A program made the translations under genes and the position numbers. From Candidatus Hermodarchaeota archaeon (GTDB taxonomy: Archaea > Asgardarchaeota > Heimdallarchaeia > Hodarchaeales > Hodarchaeaceae): 9,554 nt of DNA. The notes beneath the pieces were generated by a model, which did no database searches, had not been told where the DNA came from, and saw only the letters and a program-made list of their open reading frames with translations. Shown one piece after another: positions 1 through 5,239 of the stretch (the first letter of the stretch is position 1; every line of letters begins with the position of its first letter). The stretch lies in assembly GCA_048886185.1 (NCBI GenBank), contig JBHLKY010000050.1:1-9554 (forward strand), in the 5' to 3' direction.

Positions 1-330
1 GAAGTAGTGAACCGGACACTCCCAGATGGCATTTATGTTCTTCATGTTTATGGAAATGATTCTGTGGGGAATGAAGCAGACGCATCTGTAACTTTTACGA
101 TTAATACCAATATGACAATCACTTCTCATACAACCAAGAATACTGAAGAAACTAAAATAACCACCTCTCAAACGATAAACAATGGAGGAGATGGAACTGT
201 TCTTATCCTCGGAGCTAGTATTCTAGGGGGTTTGAGTTTCGTTGGAGTTCTTTCTCTAATAATTCAAAAAGGGCTATTGAAGAAAGGGGAGGAATTGCCA
301 CCAGATAATTTACTTTCTCTTGATGAATAG
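1..330 (+). CDS. 3' fragment (5'-truncated by window) of a membrane-anchored cell-surface protein: Ig-like beta-sandwich end, Thr-rich linker, C-terminal TM anchor
   Basis: Frame is open from base 1 (gaa gta gtg aac), so the GTG at 7 is probably internal. LPDGIYVLHVYGNDSVGNEADASVTFTI resembles the last strands of archaeal/bacterial Ig-like domains (Y-x-L-x-V-x-x-x-D-x-x-G-N). It is followed by a Thr-rich stalk, hydrophobic VLILGASILGGLSFVGVLSLII, basic QKGLLKK, and TAG at 328-330. Confidence 0.8.
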   Translation, partial: EVVNRTLPDGIYVLHVYGNDSVGNEADASVTFTINTNMTITSHTTKNTEETKITTSQTINNGGDGTVLILGASILGGLSFVGVLSLIIQKGLLKKGEELPPDNLLSLDE

Positions 331-474
331 ATATTTACTAAAATACTGTTTACATTTGACATAGTAACATTATTATCTCGTTGATGCCTAGATTTGCACA
401 GATTAAGTCAGAGTAAAAGTTTCTTAACAATGGGCCTTTGATATCAACTTCCAATATATAGTTAGTATTTTTTT

Positions 475-490
475 CGAAAATTTTATAAAT
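475..490 (+). promoter_or_regulatory. archaeal BRE + TATA box candidate upstream of the 390-aa gene
   Basis: CGAAAA (475-480) directly followed by TTTTATAAA (481-489) matches the archaeal BRE-TATA arrangement; it lies 85 nt before the ATG at 575. Confidence 0.55.
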
Positions 491-574
491 AATTTAGTTG
501 TTAATATTTCTGTCCGTTAAACTTAGTTTTTATTTTCAAAAAAAACTTGTTTAGGACGCAAAGAAGGGATAGCT

Positions 575-1747
575 ATGTCCTGTGTAAATATATACAAACA
601 TCAAAACAGGAAGGGCTATTACACCAAACTAGTCTGCATATCAGTCGTTATAGCTGTATTAATGGCTGTTCCATTAGTACAAGCTTATTCAACACCTTCC
701 ATGACTCCTTTGATAGTCATTATGGATCATTCCTCCCCAGAAACACAAGCTACTGTCACAGAACTTCAAAAAGAGATCCCTGCTGTCACGGTAAAATACA
801 AAAGTATTCAATACTCTATTGAAACTCTCCGTACACATAGCATCATAATTTTTGTGGGACATGGAAGTTCAAAAGGAATCCAAACCGAAAGAGACGTTGT
901 AGGTTACCAAGACCTCATTCTGAACGTTGCACCAGTTAATATCTTTGCAGCATGTTATTCACATGAAGCGACAAAACTTAGCACTAGAAAAACCATCCTA
1001 GGTTTTAAAGGCCAAATCGACGGTATTCTTGCAGCTAATTCCATTAGTTACTTCATTGGAAAATCTGCTCCTCAATTTGCTAAAAGTAACAATACACCAG
1101 AACGAGCAGCAAAAAACATTGTTCACCGACTAGTTGCCCTTGACGCTGGACAGCCAGAAATGTCTTTAGGGTTTGTGGTGGATTACGATGGAGGTGGTAG
1201 CACTACTAGCAGTAGCAGCACTCCATATATGTCGAGTGAAGAGTGGTTATGGTTTGGAGTTAGTCTTATCATAACTATATGTGTACAAGCCCTTCTTATT
1301 TGGGGGATTTCGTGGGTTATAGCTAAATATGGACAACGATTCGCCAGTGCTTTAGGTAACGCATTCCGATATATCTTCAGAAGAGGAGCTTCTGAAATAT
1401 CCTGGCTCGCCCAAATTGCTCAAAAGAGTATCAGTGGTGTCACAATTGCAAGCATTGCTAACTGGGCATCTTTGATTTTAAGAATTCTTTCTGTTGGGGT
1501 CACAAAAGTTATAGAAGCAGTTATAAGTACAGCCAATTGGTTAGATTGGATTGTGGTAGGTGTTTCTATAGCATTTTCCATTTATGCAATATTTCAATCT
1601 GGGACAACATCTTTAGCAGTTGGTCTTGGTATTGCAGCTTGGCCTATTTATAAAGTAGCCATGAATGGAATAAAAAATTATATTGACCCAGATGGAATAT
1701 GGAATGAGTATTACTTTGCTTGGTTCAGGGTTCTGATGATGTTCTAG
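575..1747 (+). CDS. exported clan-CD cysteine peptidase-like domain (gingipain C25/CHAT/caspase fold) fused to a multi-helix hydrophobic C-terminal domain; candidate autoprocessing membrane-active toxin
   Basis: 390-aa ORF with purine-rich AAGAAGGGA upstream. Basic N-region, hydrophobic core and VQA/YS cleavage-like site (res 1-37). IIIFVGHGS (His96, nt 860-862) and VNIFAACYS (Cys127, nt 953-955), each after a hydrophobic beta strand. Linker DYDGGGSTTSSSST, then hydrophobic/amphipathic helices at res 223-360. CDS certain; function inferred. Confidence 0.6.
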   Translation: MSCVNIYKHQNRKGYYTKLVCISVVIAVLMAVPLVQAYSTPSMTPLIVIMDHSSPETQATVTELQKEIPAVTVKYKSIQYSIETLRTHSIIIFVGHGSSKGIQTERDVVGYQDLILNVAPVNIFAACYSHEATKLSTRKTILGFKGQIDGILAANSISYFIGKSAPQFAKSNNTPERAAKNIVHRLVALDAGQPEMSLGFVVDYDGGGSTTSSSSTPYMSSEEWLWFGVSLIITICVQALLIWGISWVIAKYGQRFASALGNAFRYIFRRGASEISWLAQIAQKSISGVTIASIANWASLILRILSVGVTKVIEAVISTANWLDWIVVGVSIAFSIYAIFQSGTTSLAVGLGIAAWPIYKVAMNGIKNYIDPDGIWNEYYFAWFRVLMMF

Positions 1748-1756
1748 GCTAAACCC

Positions 1757-1771
1757 TTTTTTCTTTTTTTT
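1757..1771 (+). terminator. oligo-T tract terminator between convergent genes
   Basis: TTTTTTCTTTTTTTT starts 10 nt after the TAG at 1745-1747; oligo-T tracts are the established archaeal intrinsic terminator signal. Confidence 0.55.
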
Positions 1772-1795
1772 AATAATATCAATTATGATGATTAT

Positions 1796-3208
1796 TTATT
1801 TTGAATGATTCTCGATAAAATGGATGGTATTAACTAAAATTTTGAACGTTAGAGCACTATTGGGTTCGTCTTCAATCCAGAATGGTAGAGTAATAAATGG
1901 TGTCTCTACCCATAATTTACTAAGACCACTAGATATGGACTCAAGAAGAGGAAAAACATCCCAGATGAGTGCATAAGGAATGATTATGTCAATTCTATTG
2001 AAATATCTCCACTGTACTCCAATTAGAAACTCACTTTCAGTCCATTGTAAGGTCGTTTTCCCAAATAACATCATAATTGAGATATAAAGCAAACGGAATC
2101 CAGCAAATAATATAATAAGGAATAATCCACCAATTATCAATATTTCTGCATTAAATCCGTAATTAAAACCCGCTTCAGGAAAAAAAACACTTTGATAACC
2201 AAGTTTTAAGAAATAACTTACTAATACTGTTGAAACAGGAATACAGCATAATCCAATAATAGCGAACAAGATTGTTCCTAACCTTGTCCGATAGACTGCC
2301 CCTCGTATGGGATGAGATATTAATTCCTCATTTAATTGCTGTTTTGATGATGTTTCAGTAATGAATTTCTTTCCTCGTATCAATCGTGCTGTGATTGGTA
2401 ATGGTAGTGTTAATTCTTCTTTAATCTTATACTTTGTGAATATACTATTTTGTAAATAATCACCTAATTCCCGAAACCACTTGAAAGTTACTTTTTCATT
2501 ATTAGATAGAATTTGTACAGCCTTAATCAAGTTACACATCATAAGAAAAATGGGAGTTGTTGTAAGAGATATTTCATGGGTTTTCGTAAAAGTATCTGTC
2601 CTAGTAATACTAATTTCTTGAGTATTTGTAAAAAGGCGTTTAAAAGGTGATGCTGCTCCGAATTCGATTTCTGAAATATCCTTGAAATGGATACTTCTAG
2701 TTTCCTGGTAGAGTGGATGATGAAACACTACAAGAAGCATTTGATTTGAATTATCGATATTCCAAATGACCTTCCTCCGTTGAGACAATATAATTGTGAA
2801 GATCACTACTGTCATGATTTGATATGTCAGAAATCCAAAAAAATATCCTAGTTTCTCTGTAATAGGAATTGCCGGGACGACTTCTAGGAGATTGAAAGGT
2901 CTTGCTAGAATTAGCATAAAATCTTTTTCACTAACTAGGTAAAGAAAGAAGAATAATAGTCCAAGAATTAGTAACGGAAGAAACATCCATCTAACTGCTC
3001 TTCTGAACTTAATATTCCATTTTTTCGATTTATACATAAATATTACAATAATATTAATTGTCATTGACAGAAATGCTGCGGTTAACAGCCCGAAAATAGG
3101 AACCAAATCTGAAACAAAGGTTAACCACCCAATAAGGATTAAAATGTTTACCAATGTCTTTTGAAGATATTGTTGGTCGGATATTCGGAATATAACTGGG
3201 AATTGCAT
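1796..3208 (-). CDS. polytopic membrane protein with two TM-bundle + bacterial-PH-like (YdbS/YdbT-type) modules; candidate immunity/envelope-protection protein
   Basis: 470-aa ORF with ~4 TM helices (res 18-142), a soluble beta-rich segment (VIWNID...RSIHFKDISEIEF), 2 TM helices (res 311-382) and a second beta-rich segment (TLQWTESEF...IIIPYALIWDV). Both soluble segments carry the I-x-[FY]-x-x-I pattern typical of bPH domains after TM hairpins. Confidence 0.55.
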   Translation of the reverse strand: MQFPVIFRISDQQYLQKTLVNILILIGWLTFVSDLVPIFGLLTAAFLSMTINIIVIFMYKSKKWNIKFRRAVRWMFLPLLILGLLFFFLYLVSEKDFMLILARPFNLLEVVPAIPITEKLGYFFGFLTYQIMTVVIFTIILSQRRKVIWNIDNSNQMLLVVFHHPLYQETRSIHFKDISEIEFGAASPFKRLFTNTQEISITRTDTFTKTHEISLTTTPIFLMMCNLIKAVQILSNNEKVTFKWFRELGDYLQNSIFTKYKIKEELTLPLPITARLIRGKKFITETSSKQQLNEELISHPIRGAVYRTRLGTILFAIIGLCCIPVSTVLVSYFLKLGYQSVFFPEAGFNYGFNAEILIIGGLFLIILFAGFRLLYISIMMLFGKTTLQWTESEFLIGVQWRYFNRIDIIIPYALIWDVFPLLESISSGLSKLWVETPFITLPFWIEDEPNSALTFKILVNTIHFIENHSK

Positions 3209-3437
3209 TTTTTTTCACTAATGGATTGTACTATGACAATTCCTAATTTATTAAGAATATATTATACTTGGAAAATATCCTTTTAGATTTATTAAATCTT
3301 TTTCTGAGTAATTTAATAAAAACAATTTAATGTTCCCACTTTTTTTCATAAGATTGGAGATATATTTGGAAAAAAGAGAAGTTAGAAAAACTCAAAGATT
3401 GGGATAACACTTCATATCTAACTTCTAGGAGATCTTT

Positions 3438-4052
3438 TTAGTTGAAAAATTTGATAAAGTCAATATAAGCACTGTAGCCTAACATGTTTCCATCTGTTTT
3501 AGCAAAGCTGAAAACAACAGAATCAACTTTAAAGCGATTTGGGAACCAAATCCAATTCGGCCAAAAAAGTTTTAATCTATGCATTCCTTCCTTCACAGAC
3601 TTTGTTTCAGAGATCCCATTTGTATAATAAACTGTAATTTTAAGAGACCCATCTATTTCCTTTAAATTCAATATATCCATTGAAAAATCCACTATAAAAT
3701 ACCGATACTTAATCTTATGAGCTAGGTACATTATTAATTTCATACGATGAGTCAATCTTGGAAAATTTCCAGATGATTCAGTAAGAAGTCGAACAACATT
3801 TCCATCATTAGACCATGTATCTGAAACCTCACCATAAACTGTTCCATATCCAATATAAACATAGTAACCATTTCCCCACACCTCCTCGTATGGAGGGGGT
3901 ACCCTCATACTATTTGCACAGCCTAATGGACAGCTGTTTCTAGGAGGAAATGGATCTATTGGCATTGAAAGTCCCAGAGTTGGAAAAAAGACTCCACCAG
4001 CCAAAATAAGAAATCCAATCGTGAATGGGATATATTTCTTTTTAAATTTCAT
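3438..4052 (-). CDS. secreted beta-rich protein (possible jelly-roll/galactose-binding-like fold), 204 aa
   Basis: The ORF track starts at GTG 4064, but that GTG lies inside an AGGTGG Shine-Dalgarno (4066-4061) 8 nt before the ATG at 4052, the likelier start. MKFKKK + hydrophobic core gives a signal peptide. It is followed by Pro-rich PIDPFPP, CPLGC, alternating beta-strand patterns and terminal AYIDFIKF. Confidence 0.7.
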   Translation of the reverse strand: MKFKKKYIPFTIGFLILAGGVFFPTLGLSMPIDPFPPRNSCPLGCANSMRVPPPYEEVWGNGYYVYIGYGTVYGEVSDTWSNDGNVVRLLTESSGNFPRLTHRMKLIMYLAHKIKYRYFIVDFSMDILNLKEIDGSLKITVYYTNGISETKSVKEGMHRLKLFWPNWIWFPNRFKVDSVVFSFAKTDGNMLGYSAYIDFIKFFN

Positions 4053-4156
4053 ACTGTTTTCCACCTTTAATTACTTTTCATTTGTTTTTTTTTTCAAAAT
4101 ATCATTGAATATGCTTTATAATGTTCAGAGCCTTGTCTATGTTAGGAAACGATATA

Positions 4157-4181
4157 ATTTATAAAATTTTTGAAAGAAATA
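4157..4181 (-). promoter_or_regulatory. BRE + TATA box candidate upstream of the 204-aa secreted gene
   Basis: The minus strand reads TATTTCTTTCAAAAATTTTATAAAT, which is 23/25 identical to + strand 466-490. Confidence 0.5.
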
Positions 4182-4281
4182 TTATCATAATCTATCATTA
4201 ACTATTTCTTCTTGCAACTGCTATAAAATGCATAGTTAAATTTTATTAATTTGAAAGGGATTCATAGCATTAGGGAGAGGA

Positions 4282-4531
4282 ATGCAGATGTCAAAAAAGG
4301 AGAATAAAACTTTAAAAATGTTTAAATTCATCCCAATATTCTCCAGACCTTGATTAAGCTAGTGGAACATATCTGAGGAATATCAAGTTTGGACGCAAAA
4401 ACAGGATAATAGACCTAGAAGGATTCACAATTGTGTGAGAAAATAGCAAAGTATAGATTGAACCATTTTTAAATTCCCCGCGTATTGGAGAAATTACTGT
4501 TAAAGAATTAAAAGAAACAATCATAATGTAA
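4282..4531 (+). pseudogene. possible degraded gene remnant in the divergent intergenic region
   Basis: GGGAGAGG RBS-like sequence precedes ATG 4282/4288 (MQMSKKENKTLK..., stop 4351-4353). A neighbouring frame reads SPDLD*ASGTYLRNIKFGRKNRIIDLEGFTIV*ENSKV*IEPFLNSPRIGEITVKELKETIIM* to 4531. Composition is protein-like, but the model needs one frameshift and three in-frame stops. Confidence 0.25.
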
Positions 4532-4578
4532 AACTAAATAATCTATTTAATTTTTGAGATTTTAAATAATAAAAAGGG

Positions 4579-4950
4579 ATGAAAATGGCACTTAGGTTTG
4601 ATAGAAGAGAAGATATTCGAGCACTAATTTCATTAGTGCTGGTCTTATTAGCAATGATATGGCCAATGGCTGAGGATGTATTCAAAGATTTACTCTCAAG
4701 TTATCCTGATCTTTCTACAATTATAATAGGTACTGCTACTGCAACTATAGGTATATACTTTGGAGTACGGCAAGCTTCTGAAACTCTTAGCCCACCACCT
4801 CTAGGATTACCTGAAAAAGCAATAAGAGGTCTATTACTACTATTTCTAGTCATTGGCCTCAGTATTGGTATATTAATCCCAGATTATATGAACTGGGGAT
4901 TCTTGGCTGGTTTCATCGCCGCAGTTATAGGCTGGGCATATGGAAAATAG
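4579..4950 (+). CDS. small 4-TM membrane protein with internal 2-fold repeat (unknown function)
   Basis: 123-aa ORF (ATG 4585, with AGGGA upstream, is an alternative start). Four hydrophobic segments; the halves IRALISLVLV...ATIGIYFG and IRGLLLLFLV...AVIGWAYG are joined by PPPLGLPEK. Confidence 0.75.
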   Translation: MKMALRFDRREDIRALISLVLVLLAMIWPMAEDVFKDLLSSYPDLSTIIIGTATATIGIYFGVRQASETLSPPPLGLPEKAIRGLLLLFLVIGLSIGILIPDYMNWGFLAGFIAAVIGWAYGK

Positions 4951-4970
4951 CTATGATTTTGAATTCCCTC

Positions 4971-4988
4971 TTATTTCTCCTTTTTTTC
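4971..4988 (+). terminator. pyrimidine/oligo-T terminator candidate
   Basis: TTATTTCTCCTTTTTTTC, ~20-38 nt after the TAG at 4948-4950. Confidence 0.4.
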
Positions 4989-5239
4989 TGGAAATAGTAA
5001 GGTAATTCGAATTTAAACCATTGTCATTAGAAAATGAGTATCAACGAATAAGTGTATCCTTCCTCCATCCTCAAAGTTTTCATTAAAATCCTCTACTAAT
5101 CTTCTAGCATTAATAATGATTACCATAATAATAAGTTCAATGATGATAACCTAATGCTTTTAAAATTTTAATTTTATATTTCCTAGATTCTTTAGATCAT
5201 ATTACTTAAGGCCTTCTTTGAACTTATTTTGGGATTAAA

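Noticed and set aside
298-330. Possible eukaryote-style dileucine sorting motif in the tail (PPDNLL)
   Set aside because: Spacing fits neither [DE]xxxL[LI] nor DxxLL.
547-822. 91-aa ORF on + strand
   Set aside because: Out-of-frame overlap with the much longer, motif-bearing 575-1747 CDS; TTG start; no recognisable features.
3381-3388. CTAACTTC 8-mer on the minus strand downstream of both the 204-aa gene and (near 8170-8177) the longin-like gene
   Set aside because: An 8-mer match between two pyrimidine-rich intergenic stretches of ~150-230 nt is expected by chance.
4053-4064. GTG start at 4064 given by the ORF track
   Set aside because: The GTG is part of the AGGTGG ribosome-binding site for ATG 4052, which gives a canonical MKFKKK signal-peptide start.
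4198-4239. Inverted repeat TTAACTAT-N26-ATAGTTAA
   Set aside because: 8-bp arms are almost all A/T in a very AT-rich region; no second copy seen; cannot be distinguished from chance.
5013-5126. 37-aa minus-strand mini-ORF MVIIINARRLVEDFNENFEDGGRIHLFVDTHFLMTMV
   Set aside because: Short, no clear RBS, no recognisable motif; not supportable without homology or expression data.
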